Shown one piece after another: positions 40,301 to 48,912 of a DNA stretch of 64,000 nucleotides. The position numbers and the translations under genes were made by a program. This DNA is from a virus: positions 3,239 to 67,238 of the IMG/VR virus record IMGVR_UViG_3300021255_000027; one strand, given 5' to 3'. The notes below the pieces were generated by a model. The model was not told the origin of the DNA. It made no database searches and saw only the letters and a program-made list of their open reading frames with translations. How positions within the stretch are numbered: the stretch's first letter is position 1; every line of letters begins with the position of its first letter.

Positions 40301-43300
40301 TTCATCTCCGCCTTCACCTTCTGCTGGCCGTTGTCATACCACTGCTCATAAGTACCGACATAGCGGTCTTCTTTTAAGACTGCCCTTCTCCTAATTTGGC
40401 CAGAAGGATACCACTCCTCGGAGATTCCCTCCTCCTTCCCGTCCTTGTATTCAATACGGGAAAGAAGCTGACTACCATCAGAATTCCATTCTTCATAGAC
40501 TCCGTTCTGACGGTTGCCCCGATACATATGACCGCCCGGCTCAATGATGAGTTTACCTCCCTCATCAACGATATAATCTGCACTACGGCCAAGTTCATCC
40601 CCTTCAACTTTCTTTGTGAGAGGAATACCATAATGGCTCTGGTCTTGCCTATCCCACCAGACCCTCGTATGGGTATCGTTGGCAGAGAAAGCAAGCAACT
40701 TACCATCCTTGAACGCCACCTGCTTCGGATATGCATTGTAGTGTTTCCAATATTTTGCGGATTGTTCCGTCAGGTTACCCTTGCCATCACCCTGAAGCAG
40801 ACACCAAGGAGATGCATCCTCACCGAAGTGGGTGTTGATAATCTTCCTCATATTCTCCCTGCTCTCCTTCGTGTTGTCCACATCATAGACCACGATTCCA
40901 TCGGGATACTCGGCAGCACGATGGAGAGTGGATACCTCGTCTGGATTGATCCTCTCCTCTGACGGCTTGAACTCCGCATGGGCATCAAGCAGTTCCATAG
41001 GGGAGTTGTAGCGTAAAGGATCTACCTTCGCCTTACCAGCGACAGAGATAGCCTGCTGAACTTTCTTCATATCCTCCGGGATACGGATTGTCCCGTTGGC
41101 GAACCACTTGGCCGTAGCAAGCTGGGTCTTGGCATCATCCAGTTTGTCAATGTAGTCCACGACCTCTGCCCTCTGCTCATCATTGAGATCCTCTCTCTTC
41201 TTTAGCCAGGACTCTACGGTGGCCTTGTTGTTCTTGGAGAGTCTGAACATCACATCCTCTTCGGTGACCACTGGCTCTGCTGCCTCGGATGCCGGCTGCT
41301 TCTGGGTTGCATTGGCTACTTCAAGAGGTTCTCTCTCGCTCTTAAACTCTCCGGTCTCAAGGTAGTTGAGGACACTCTGCTGGGCTTTGGTAATTTTATC
41401 CCCTCCGATGCGCCTCGGTGTACCTTGATGGGTGCGGGGCCTCTTCTTCTTGCCCGCCATTGCTGCAAGTTTCTCCGCACTTGCCTTGATATCCTGCCTT
41501 CCATAGTCCACATCCTTTGCGGTCTTTCCGGCCTCAACATCGGCTGCAACCTGCTCAACTCCTCTCTCAAATGCTCCTTCCTCGGTGAACCATCCTGCAT
41601 AGTAGCCTCCCTTGTCCACGAATTCATCGAAAGACCGCCTCGCCTCCTGAATATCGAAGATGGGTTTGATGCGAACCGTCTCATTGACAGAACGCCTCGT
41701 CTCATTGACGAGTTTCATATAGTCGGGATCTTCGGTGACACTCCTGCCTGTAGACGGAAGAATAAGGTCAGCGAACCTCGGCTTCAAACCCCTCTCTTCG
41801 CACAGCCGTAGGAAGGTATCCTTATCATTCATATGCTCGGTAGGCATGATGTCCCTTGACCTTCCCTTGACATCCTTATCAGCCTCCATGGCAGTGTAGT
41901 TCGTCCAATCATAGAACTTGGCGATGTCCTCTCCCGTCCTCACGATATGGAACGGGATGACTACATCCACCCAGGGCTGGTGAATTGCCCACTCAACCAT
42001 CCTGTCATTGGTGGCTACGAATACGCATCCCACGTTGCCGTATCTTTCACGCAGGGCTTGGGCTTCACCCCAGTCTGCACCCTGCTTGGTATCCATCACA
42101 ACCGTCCCATCTTCGGCTTCACGGCCATAACAGGAGATGTTGATGTTTATTCCCGTAGGTGCGAAGATCTTGGCGAAGTCTATCTCCTTGGTGTATGCGA
42201 GTCCTACCAGACCCCGCAAGGCTGCATCCCTCACCATCTGCATGTTCTCCACGATGAAGGCAGGGGAGTATTCGGAGAAGGAATAGAACCTAAGCCCATA
42301 TTCACTATTGAGGAGGTTAACTACCTTCTGGGGCATTGACAATAGTTCGCCATTGTATGCACGATATTCCTCCTGCTTCTTCGCCCACGATGCGCTCTGT
42401 GCATATTTCTCGGCATCATCTATCTGGGCTGCATATGAAGCTCCTTTCCCCGCCACCTTCTGGCGAGTCTCTGGAGAAGTGAGGTCTTTCATCCCTATCA
42501 GAGTGCCTTCGGCTATCCTGTCAAGCCAACCGTTGAATCGGTTTCTCATTGAAGGCGTGTCAGCCCTTCCATCCAGGTATTCAAGGTAGAGCTTATTTAC
42601 TTGATTGTCAGCAGACAATGCCTTGCGATTCTTCCTACTCTTCGCCTGAGCGGGAAGGCGGTAGGTTTTGTCTATGGAGTCATCAGCCTTGTATTTATCC
42701 AAGACCGCATCCCTCTGCTCGATGTATGTCTTGAGGAATCCATTGTATGCCTTCCTATCCAGTGCAACGTAGCAGTACAGACACTGCGGGTCGGTGGCTA
42801 TGTCGTAGAGCATCTGGGAAGCGAGGAACGACTCAGTAGGAGTAAGAGGTCTCCCAACCTTCTCCTGCACGGCATTCACGAAGTCATTGTATGCGAGAGT
42901 CCTCATGCATATGAGGGTGTTCTCCATCGTCCTGCCATACGATCCGTTCTTGAAGATGGTTGACCAACCCTTGCCGAATATCTCTTCTGGCAGATACCTC
43001 TTCCCATCCTTGACCTTGTCAAGGTACGGCATCATGTAGTTTACCATCTCTCCGATGGCATCGCTTCCGATTGCCAGTTCCTCTGGTGTTAGTGGCTTAT
43101 CGGCCAACTTGGCAAGGAAACCATCTGCCAGGGTGCGAAGTCCGGGAACAGGCTTCCCTTCACCGTCTACGGAGTCTTCCTCCCTTCTGAGGGAGAACAT
43201 GGTCTCGTCAGGGGCAGAAGGAGATTCCTGTCCCGTGGGTGCATCCATATAGGATGTGAGTTTGCCGTCCTCTATGACGAAGTTTGTGCCCTTCTCTTGC

Positions 43301-46300
43301 TGGGCAGGGGAGAGGGTAGGAGTTACTTGTTCTCCTGCTCCTTCAGTTCCTTGATCGCTTCCTTCTCCAGATCCAGATCCCTGTTCTCCCAGGTTCCCTT
43401 CGGGCTGCGATGCGCTATCTCCGCCATCTTGTCGTTCACCTTCTTGGGCATTGTCACCAGAAAGTGTATCTCGTCCTGACGAATCGAGCGTCTGATCATT
43501 TCCTCGTTCTCCATTGTATATGGTTTTTACAAAGTTAATAATTTCTTGATTATCAAGACCGGCATTGCGGAGATTCTCATCAACATTTTCGGGGGTGCTT
43601 TCTGCAACCACCTCCATTGAGAGTGCTATTACCTCGTCTGCCAGAGCCTGTTGGGGATTAGGGTAGTCAAGATAGTCTCCATATCCATTCTTGTCACTGA
43701 CTCCGGCCATTTTGTTGGCGGCAGCAAGAAGGTATTCTGTTGTCGCTCCAGGGATAGATGCAACGACTTTCTGGTATCCATTCTGCCTATTGACCTCATG
43801 CCAATGCTCATGGAGATGGGCAAGCCTTGCTCTCCTTGCATCCCTGATGTCATCGGCAACGATGAAGACGGTATTACCGATATGGAATCCTTCAGTAAGA
43901 GTACCTTCGGCATTCAACTGGTCTCTGACCTGTCCGATGACCCTCTCGGAGAATCCGAGTTCTGCCATTCTCTGGAGTATGTCTGCCCTTGTACCTACGA
44001 CTGTAGGATCTGTGGTGGTGAGTGCATAATACTCTTCCAGAGCCTGCCTCTTCTCTTCGGGAGTCTTGGCTTCTGCCAGTCTGCTCTCAAGGGCTTGTTC
44101 GGGAGTCTGGGGAGCCACCTCTTCCTGAACTTCGGGAGCAGCCTCTACTTCTCCCTGTGTCTGCGCTGCCTCTGCAACGGGTGCTGCCTCTGTGGTCTCT
44201 GCTACTGGAGCAGGAGCTTCGGCAGGGGTCTCGACTGCTTCCGTCTGTGCGACCTCGGCATTGGCATAGTTGTTCTCTATCCTCTCAAGGTCTGCTATCC
44301 TTGAATTGATCTGACCAAGCTGGCCTTCCAACTCGGAGATCCTATCGAAGTCAAGTTCACTGTCAATCTGCTTCTGGACTGCCTTGGCATCGGACTGGAG
44401 TTTCTTCGTAGCCTTGGCGATGTATCCACGGCTATTTGCTCCTCCATCATTCCTCTGTGAGTCATTCCATCTTGCCCATGCTTCGGGATCTGCATTCCAG
44501 AGTGCGGTCTGGTTGACTGAACCATCATCCTTCAGAGGGATAGGATTGCCTCTGAAGTCACGCAGTGTATTATCTTCCTCTATGGGTGCTTCCTCTTCTG
44601 TCTGCACCTCTTCTGCTTGTGTCTCTTCTGGAGTCTTGAGAGAATCAAGGACAGATGTGAGATTACCCTGAAGGGCCATCTCCTCCGTTATCTGCTCATC
44701 CTTGCCCGTCTCCTTGTCGGTGACCTGGAGCATCATTGTCCCATCTTCGTTGAGGAATGCCCTCTTGAACTGGTATGTAACCGGCTCCTCACCCTCTACC
44801 AGAACGGCATTGAATTCCGTTCCTTCGGGTATGGTCTTATTGTAGTCCTCCTTCCTGCTACGGATATCGTCTTCTGCCTGGATCTCTTCCTGCTCGATCT
44901 GCTCATCGGTCTTGACCTCGACAGGAGTACCGAGGTAGTTGCCCACCTGCTCCCAAGTCAAGGTAGCATCCTTTGCTCCGTCCTCATCCTGCCAAGTGAC
45001 ATGCACACCATTGGCATTAGCGGCATCCACGACTGCCATCTTCGGTGCTTCCTCTGTACCCATGTTGATAGTAGGGTCGGCAGCTATTCTTTCTTGAATG
45101 GCAGTAATCTGGCTTGATGTCTCCTCTGCCATCCTCTGCTCTTCTGCAGCCCTCTGGTCGTTCTCGCTGATTCCGTCCAGATAGTCATTGATTGGCTGTT
45201 CTCCGGAGTCTGTGAGTGAACCATCGGCAATTCCAGCCTCAAGCTCCTCATTGGTGAGGAACGAGTAACTGCCATCCTTGCCGATCAGGGCATACTGACC
45301 ATCTAACGAATTCACGACAAACCTCTCATTGCCCTCTGCATCGGTGATGGTACGGACGTAGTTTGCTCCGTTCTCTCCCTCATGATACCAGCTCTTGTTT
45401 CCTACCTGCTCATCCAGGAGAGCGGTATTCTGCGCACGGGCTATATCCTGCTCTTCATCGAAGATTCCCCTGAGGACTTTATATTGTGCTGCGGATTGGA
45501 GATACTGCCCCATCGCCATACCCAGATCAGGTGCGATGTCGTTGGTAAGCAGACCTGTGTCTCCTACCATCTTGCCAATCTTGGCAATCTCCGAACCGAG
45601 TTCTGCAGGAGTTTTCATCAGTTCGTTTCCGTTGTTGCTGATTGCCCTAAGACTATCCTCGACATCTTCCATCCGCTCCTCATCCAGGCCAAGGTTGTTC
45701 AATATGGTCTTCAGTTGGTCACCATACTTGGACATCTGTTTCCCTGCCTTGCGAATCTGATATCCCGATGCCCCCGCACCGATGATGCTCATGGGAGCGA
45801 AGGATGCGAGAGTAGTCCAGAATTCATCACCACTAAAGAAATTCTTGAGTGCTTCGGGATCTGTTCCGACTTCTGGGATAGACCTCATGGCATTGCCAAG
45901 GACTTCCTCGGCCATTTCACCAATCAGTCCATGCCAGCCCGCATCCTTGAGCAGACGGCCTGCACCAGTCCTTGACATGGCCTTGCCTATCTCTCCAAGT
46001 TTACTCTTGGCTATGCCATCGAAAATCTTTGTTTCAAATGGAATCCCAAAGAGTTCTCCTGCATTCTCAGAGAAGGTCTCAATGAGTCCATCCTCAATAG
46101 CCTTCCTGACAGCCTTGGCAGACAGATCCATCTGACCCTCGCCATTTAGTTGGGTCATGGTATTGATAAAGTTGGCATAAGATGAAGGCATCAAAGGAGT
46201 CATGACCAGTGCCTTTGTCGCACCCTCAAGACCTCCCACGAGCATCTTCTTGCCAGCTTCGGACAATGTCTTGCCCGCCATCTCTTTAGCGGTAGTTTTA

Positions 46301-47598
46301 AGCAGACTCTTCGCTGCCGCAGAACCGACACCTCCGGTAATAAGGAAGTCTCCCATGAATCCGAGAGACTGAACTGCTCCCTTACCAGCATTATAGCCGA
46401 TGGACATATTGTCCGACCTCCCTTGCTCAACTTCAAATCTCTTGGCGAAAGCCTTCAACATTTCCTTCTGACCATCGCTCAGATAGTTGAGTTTATCCGA
46501 GTCATTATTGATGAGATTAATGAGATTTACATCCTTGCCTTCGGCCTGCTGTATCTGCTTGACAGTATTTATGAGGTTGACATCCTGAAGGGATTTGGCA
46601 AGTTCAAGGATGGATACTGCGCTTGTGATATTCGCTCCCACTCCCTTCGCAAAGTTCACCAGACCCCATGAGTCATCATACTTGCTAGGTGCTTTCGCAG
46701 TCTCCAGAGCTTCCTTGTAGTATTTCCTAGCAGTGAGGTAGTAATCCTGCTCCTGCTCATTGCCTTGCCTTTCCTCTGCTCCGCCAATCAGATCCAATGC
46801 TTCTTGGTCGCTCATATTGGCAGACCTACCGGATATATTGGCATTCTCCTTGGCCTTCGCATCCATGGCATCAATAAGACTGGGGAGTTCCTCCTTCGTC
46901 TTATTCCAATAAGCTATCCAAGCAGGGTTGTTCTCTCTCTCCTTACGAAGTTGTTCAAGTTCCTTCTTGATCTCGGATCTCCTTCTCCCTTCAGGGCTAT
47001 TGGCTTCTTGCGCATACTGGATTGCTTCTGCCCTTGACAGACCACGATAATCCCTCTCTTCGGGAAGAGTATCCAACTCATTCTCAAGAGCCTCTATTCT
47101 TGAGTATATGTCTATAAGCCTATCTGCTCCTTCTGGACGGCTGCTAGGTTGGTTACCATATCTGTCCTTTACCTTGCCATATCTGTCAGCATTTTGACCT
47201 ACGAAGTCAATATACTGCTGCTTCTCCTCATCGGGAAGGTTGGCATCATCCACCTTGCTCTGGGCGAACTCATATTGATGTGCGAAATCCCGATTGCGCC
47301 TTGCCGTGATGTCATCCGACACGCTTATCTTTGCTCCTGGGTATTTCTCCATCAAATTCTTCCCTGCCTTTGAGAACTGGTCGTAATTCCAATCCGTTTC
47401 CCTTCCGTCATCCAGAGTGATATGGAAACTGGAATCGGGGGTCAGTTCCGACTGATCAGAGTATCCAGATATTCTGTTCACTTGAGCATCTGGGTATTTC
47501 TCAAAAAGGCTTTGGGCTGCTTTGTTATACTGCTTCTGATCCCACTCCGTCTGTCTTCCATCGGGGAGGGAGATGCTGAACTTTACATCTTCTGGCAT
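31375..47598 (-). CDS. giant polyvalent (internal virion/ejection) protein, 5407 aa
   Basis: Uninterrupted ORF; HExxH peptidase motifs, MORN-like repeats, ART-like YHGS domain, LPD23-like domain, C-terminal hydrophobic helices. Confidence 0.85.
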   Translation of the reverse strand: MPEDVKFSISLPDGRQTEWDQKQYNKAAQSLFEKYPDAQVNRISGYSDQSELTPDSSFHITLDDGRETDWNYDQFSKAGKNLMEKYPGAKISVSDDITARRNRDFAHQYEFAQSKVDDANLPDEEKQQYIDFVGQNADRYGKVKDRYGNQPSSRPEGADRLIDIYSRIEALENELDTLPEERDYRGLSRAEAIQYAQEANSPEGRRRSEIKKELEQLRKERENNPAWIAYWNKTKEELPSLIDAMDAKAKENANISGRSANMSDQEALDLIGGAEERQGNEQEQDYYLTARKYYKEALETAKAPSKYDDSWGLVNFAKGVGANITSAVSILELAKSLQDVNLINTVKQIQQAEGKDVNLINLINNDSDKLNYLSDGQKEMLKAFAKRFEVEQGRSDNMSIGYNAGKGAVQSLGFMGDFLITGGVGSAAAKSLLKTTAKEMAGKTLSEAGKKMLVGGLEGATKALVMTPLMPSSYANFINTMTQLNGEGQMDLSAKAVRKAIEDGLIETFSENAGELFGIPFETKIFDGIAKSKLGEIGKAMSRTGAGRLLKDAGWHGLIGEMAEEVLGNAMRSIPEVGTDPEALKNFFSGDEFWTTLASFAPMSIIGAGASGYQIRKAGKQMSKYGDQLKTILNNLGLDEERMEDVEDSLRAISNNGNELMKTPAELGSEIAKIGKMVGDTGLLTNDIAPDLGMAMGQYLQSAAQYKVLRGIFDEEQDIARAQNTALLDEQVGNKSWYHEGENGANYVRTITDAEGNERFVVNSLDGQYALIGKDGSYSFLTNEELEAGIADGSLTDSGEQPINDYLDGISENDQRAAEEQRMAEETSSQITAIQERIAADPTINMGTEEAPKMAVVDAANANGVHVTWQDEDGAKDATLTWEQVGNYLGTPVEVKTDEQIEQEEIQAEDDIRSRKEDYNKTIPEGTEFNAVLVEGEEPVTYQFKRAFLNEDGTMMLQVTDKETGKDEQITEEMALQGNLTSVLDSLKTPEETQAEEVQTEEEAPIEEDNTLRDFRGNPIPLKDDGSVNQTALWNADPEAWARWNDSQRNDGGANSRGYIAKATKKLQSDAKAVQKQIDSELDFDRISELEGQLGQINSRIADLERIENNYANAEVAQTEAVETPAEAPAPVAETTEAAPVAEAAQTQGEVEAAPEVQEEVAPQTPEQALESRLAEAKTPEEKRQALEEYYALTTTDPTVVGTRADILQRMAELGFSERVIGQVRDQLNAEGTLTEGFHIGNTVFIVADDIRDARRARLAHLHEHWHEVNRQNGYQKVVASIPGATTEYLLAAANKMAGVSDKNGYGDYLDYPNPQQALADEVIALSMEVVAESTPENVDENLRNAGLDNQEIINFVKTIYNGERGNDQTLDSSGRDTLSGDNAQEGERQDGGDSASQPEGNLGEQGSGSGEGSDQGTEGAGEQVTPTLSPAQQEKGTNFVIEDGKLTSYMDAPTGQESPSAPDETMFSLRREEDSVDGEGKPVPGLRTLADGFLAKLADKPLTPEELAIGSDAIGEMVNYMMPYLDKVKDGKRYLPEEIFGKGWSTIFKNGSYGRTMENTLICMRTLAYNDFVNAVQEKVGRPLTPTESFLASQMLYDIATDPQCLYCYVALDRKAYNGFLKTYIEQRDAVLDKYKADDSIDKTYRLPAQAKSRKNRKALSADNQVNKLYLEYLDGRADTPSMRNRFNGWLDRIAEGTLIGMKDLTSPETRQKVAGKGASYAAQIDDAEKYAQSASWAKKQEEYRAYNGELLSMPQKVVNLLNSEYGLRFYSFSEYSPAFIVENMQMVRDAALRGLVGLAYTKEIDFAKIFAPTGININISCYGREAEDGTVVMDTKQGADWGEAQALRERYGNVGCVFVATNDRMVEWAIHQPWVDVVIPFHIVRTGEDIAKFYDWTNYTAMEADKDVKGRSRDIMPTEHMNDKDTFLRLCEERGLKPRFADLILPSTGRSVTEDPDYMKLVNETRRSVNETVRIKPIFDIQEARRSFDEFVDKGGYYAGWFTEEGAFERGVEQVAADVEAGKTAKDVDYGRQDIKASAEKLAAMAGKKKRPRTHQGTPRRIGGDKITKAQQSVLNYLETGEFKSEREPLEVANATQKQPASEAAEPVVTEEDVMFRLSKNNKATVESWLKKREDLNDEQRAEVVDYIDKLDDAKTQLATAKWFANGTIRIPEDMKKVQQAISVAGKAKVDPLRYNSPMELLDAHAEFKPSEERINPDEVSTLHRAAEYPDGIVVYDVDNTKESRENMRKIINTHFGEDASPWCLLQGDGKGNLTEQSAKYWKHYNAYPKQVAFKDGKLLAFSANDTHTRVWWDRQDQSHYGIPLTKKVEGDELGRSADYIVDEGGKLIIEPGGHMYRGNRQNGVYEEWNSDGSQLLSRIEYKDGKEEGISEEWYPSGQIRRRAVLKEDRYVGTYEQWYDNGQQKVKAEMNEEGDRDGEQVGWYRNGNKSYEWRAKEGKTVGDHIQYYETGEPKFIQHFDEEGTLAGYEDYVSWRAEKGIKAHIGIGRRVTYLPLDSNGKEKRVEEEFRANGKLHKREEYHGSKLDGTVEYYYPDGTIQTRTHYVEGERNGMKEVYHENGKLWLRGDFKDGEVDGLQEQWNKEGDLILREEWKDGQKVRTLPLDENVQFRKVEPIVDEKSEELFERAKKTFGVTKNLSEAGYVIPDGSMLDFSGRHLVDPNKDSSWLNGGRTVDHRDISDLNYEKDLNTPSGYETDMSDFIRRGAIRLNSGVINLATKPTSGQENVLWTLIQRANGDVDVDFGDGYDSDHYASYNHARPERVINDIRRYFDEGIEPEGNVMFRKANQTQNGFISNAEMALDKIKMEKATPEQWRKMLEKEGGLKAGEDKWLGLSDWLKESDKKTLTKDEIGDFIEQNRIQIEEQHYSEEAILGAERAASEALQRYQDEFDTFADEWRNGDVENSYYWASAPEYAFEQMVEKYGDDFRLAFEVDGHTLAPMQEYDEEFNDATKYFLGLDGAEVRPIDSVRLDYTTPGLSNKAEIALTVPTIDPWNEGDKIHFGDAGEGRAVAWIRFGDATSVEAGEQGEEQSNEKELTPEQRERLDSLEKRVREAGLSAQASTNQEELDLAEAALREAIAERDAYKEELGLNERPVRTTPQGRRSRVLVIDEIQSKRHQEARERGGYTDENTSLVKKARDKAEKEWEDYSKELRDKYNLKDDISYVLMQKIYNKATPEEFQKAAKLNQAVNTTQEEWRKVRDRVPAAPFEKNWHELAMKRMLRLAAEEGYDKIAWTTGDQQAERYNLGGVVNKIESTPYKSEGYNVDIVLNKGDVLLFNTDKEGTILSDNSRDDQYVGKNLSDVVGKDIAKRILDSTEEQTISGDGLRVGGEGMNGFYDDILPRFMNKYGKKWGVKVQDVALSEVYDETGRPLVMHSVDVTPEMKESVMEGQTMFRKGQITLEQDKEYMDAVNAGDMDKAQQMVREAAALAMPDTKVVDEDGKPKVVYHGSYKKGITKFNDEHKWSDSPRGTYWFTNIKAHAETYQQDGGDLLNVFLNIKNPLIIDAEGMSWDQLPAYYEVYSDKDGVEIDEQFDTYAEALVFTKEKGISEKSIIAQGEMDTNAWAKRAKEKGYDGLIVKRVSDIYDTLGENVSREDEIADDYVVFAPNQIKSAEPVTYDDNGNVIPLSERFNEESDDIRFSLRGIIGAENAEDEAALDNLEVAEEMENAGKDSQTIWRATGWERGADGKWRNEIPDAKQKEGVSLQKHNIASEVLDAPELFASYPQLAEIPIDLANTVAAGAYSAEKNRIVLDTDYNTKESDGQRQLTKEGIRTILHELQHAIQHIEGFAKGTNAKQGERLYYRDALKSKPEETYFAWFFSRKNSARKLNQVGRSKVIRFAENYDQSNLTEQDKEYFRNLINYLKGISDDEFKKFVSRAAKVVKTAEKAGEKSYENSAGEVEARNVERRSTLSDEKRQKYSPEVTEEYSRSEQIVQFRKVTDPATLERLESEPTIKVYRAMQEIDGQLYPPMAAKVEGKMQEPIELGVWEEAVERPDLADAKGNFTLNKGNGKSLKARYNPYIHTSRSPLNDQFTSAYDRPNLVTVEVEVPESELTSGYKAEKAKDSVGEMTWHAGPVSSKLPEEKKRKVILSRWDKPIRIVPDSEVADRIAELLEGEDIAVPYNTVTPSLREELENRGVQISDTPSGKVKETEAKEDVLFRRSQNLFNESREGGLTRVIGDENATELYHNVYRAIPKEIRERIVDRAGDGFLFSEATQNAIAEAVEKGDETGIAGLAANMLRDYVGDLDERTARYILWRGDRKVEDDDLLDTVNDIAMQRRLQVGEFADPVRFRLADDIEEAENRAESMADDAKQTKDENKAAAREDNALTTIKAMSLQKEYDKKTVNTITVLAKNIIKDQNIDTLNRREIARLLGIVTTSVGKAPKTVKKNADALVGLIVDHLMRSEETKLGMLANRKATKTNQAGVEVQGELDVRGQNILRAYKAGLDMDIENPDDEFDGNTIKGRLSTLSERLSSTDDAVRSEAEDEYAGLMLAQEYQENIKASINEERGLKNEMKEAAEAYRDGNISRTGYNQFVEEAEKSLRENKIDRIEAYRNLRAKMLDMMAGSVEARKEFTEREKQRVEEIHHLANSDMQGRSASSFQESTRMGRLANSSIVRFFAKPLATFDQMLRLFGEKNVAGEGYLFNKFHRGWLDAQENAYLGEKQAKEELDAKVSEVFDKKMRWSDLYEEERKMPTVKVKWWDGGEMKEHDLTQGNLLYIYMVNKMTDGRMKLRRMGITEETVDAIKRQMDSRFIELADWLQDEYLVNKRNKYNAVHERLFGASMAAIEDYFPLKINKRSLNRAEDIGRPEFDDALPATTTGSIIKRRRNAQDLDLLGADAFSVVIEHVEQMEQWAAFAEFNKDLNTLLSYKRFRNQVQNMATVYGSGSELWRNFKAVCRVAGGTYNPAGKKSDLDTAALNIAKGVTAAKISFRVYTALKQFLSMPAFVSDANIKYLGENMATPWKAWNWAMENLPLFEKRWKSRQAGDTRLMKTESDWKLWRNKIVEKASQWGMSPNAFVDALTVSIGAHSIYQSRYDRYIKDGYTEAQADKKAKQDATTLYNETQQSNEAAFTSPVQLDRTVLATMLTVFRNSSMGYQRQLHDAIRNIGKMMKPGYKAASIEFMTKQMVRDGLTEEQAEHAANRNYEREKWRSAARVATFGFLVQFAWNLGGSIAYLLFGDDDDKKDEMLTEALIHGLIGGTIEGLAGGNVMSEALNMVAKGESLNNYDPSLLPIISDMKSAYKKMSYDPVAGANDLINLAIQAGIGVNPQTLTDAVVAVVDACGGDLDTSKEAMLLIMRVLQVPQSQVDEIYIDELGENAASAKRMSVSEMAERYARYKVAKGAPITGWAYSDEAEEKREKAYLKRFKKLVKERKSK

Positions 47599-47605
47599 GG
47601 CGAGA

Positions 47606-48910
47606 TTAGTTCTTCTTGGTTACATTAAATTCATCATCAATCGAGACACGGCCTTCCGTTTTCTTCTCTTCCGGAGCTGGTGCATTTGCTTTTGCTCCGG
47701 TTGTCCCAGTAAGGCGGCCAGAATTAGCCACTCGGATAAGATGGGAGTTAAACTCATTCAGGTCATCACGGTTATTGCTGATGAAGGTTCTGATGGTATT
47801 CAAATTGTCTTCACCACCTGCCTCAATGGCCTTGACTATCTGTGCATAGTCCTGAAGGTCTCCCTTCTTTTCTATCCTATTCTTGAGGTCATTCCAGTCA
47901 TTGGCTCCAGACATTTTCACGATGTCCTTCTTGAGGTCGGCATTGCCGAATTCAATAGCAGCGTTGAATGTCTTGTCTGCCATATCAATGGTGTATCTGT
48001 TACCATCCACGGTGACATCATAACTATTGCCTGAATTCTTTCCGCTCCCAGATCCCTTTGCCGCCTGTGATGCTTTGACAATCTTACTCATCGCCTCCTC
48101 GTTGATAGTTCCATCGGGATTATATCCCTTGGCCATCATCTCGGCATTGTGTTCTCTTTGCCTCTGTGCAAGGCTTGCAGCACTCTGATCAAGTTGTCTG
48201 TCTCTCTGCGCAGTGCTTGCCACATCAGATGCAGCCTGGACTCCAATCTTGCCAACGGCTTCGGCATTCTTGGCAGCCTGGTTGAGGGGATTGATAGTGG
48301 TGTTATACCTTGTCTCGGCCATAGTCAGACCCTGCTGATAGTTGGTCTTGGCCTGCTCTCTGGCAAGTTCCAATGCCCTCGCTGCATCATTGAGACGGAG
48401 GTTGGCGAGTTGTCCTTGCATTGCCCTCTGGCGTTCACGCAGATTGTCAATCCTCATTCGGTTTATCCTTGCATCCTGATCCGCCTTGCGCATCCAGTCT
48501 TGGGAGAAAGGTCTGTACTGCTGGCTGACTGCATTATGTCCTCCAACTGCAACGAGGTTGGCTATGGATGATGCAAGTTCGGTTGCTCCTGCCCATCGTG
48601 CCGCCCTCTGGCTTGCCGCCACTTGGGCCGCTCCCTCATCCTCTGCCCGTCTGATGTTCTCCGCATACTGGTTGACCATGTCTGCGAATGAACCGATGGC
48701 TGCATTGCTCTGCTGACGGTTGGCCTCTATTGCGGCATTATTCGCCTCATTATAGGCGTTATTGGCCGCTTCCAAGTCGGCTAACTGCTGCGCTCCGGCA
48801 GTCTGCATCCCTTCTACGACATTCTGCCCGGCCTGTTGTACTTCGGACTGATAAGCATCGTAGGCGTTCTGGACGTTCTCAGCGTTCTGGGATTGTTTCT
48901 TCTTTGCCAT
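47606..48910 (-). CDS. putative ejection/DNA transfer protein
   Basis: Ala/Gln-rich helical; adjacent to the giant protein. Confidence 0.6.
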   Translation of the reverse strand: MAKKKQSQNAENVQNAYDAYQSEVQQAGQNVVEGMQTAGAQQLADLEAANNAYNEANNAAIEANRQQSNAAIGSFADMVNQYAENIRRAEDEGAAQVAASQRAARWAGATELASSIANLVAVGGHNAVSQQYRPFSQDWMRKADQDARINRMRIDNLRERQRAMQGQLANLRLNDAARALELAREQAKTNYQQGLTMAETRYNTTINPLNQAAKNAEAVGKIGVQAASDVASTAQRDRQLDQSAASLAQRQREHNAEMMAKGYNPDGTINEEAMSKIVKASQAAKGSGSGKNSGNSYDVTVDGNRYTIDMADKTFNAAIEFGNADLKKDIVKMSGANDWNDLKNRIEKKGDLQDYAQIVKAIEAGGEDNLNTIRTFISNNRDDLNEFNSHLIRVANSGRLTGTTGAKANAPAPEEKKTEGRVSIDDEFNVTKKN

Positions 48911-48912
48911 TG

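Noticed and set aside
39714-40520. MORN/YwqK-like repeats as a toxin-antitoxin locus
   Set aside because: Internal domain of the giant ORF, not a separate gene pair
31375-47598. Tape measure protein or virion RNA polymerase
   Set aside because: No tape-measure repeats or long-tail genes; no DxDGD-type polymerase motif recognised
31603-47628. Many + strand ORFs opposite the giant gene
   Set aside because: Antisense shadows of a long coding sequence with no motifs or start context
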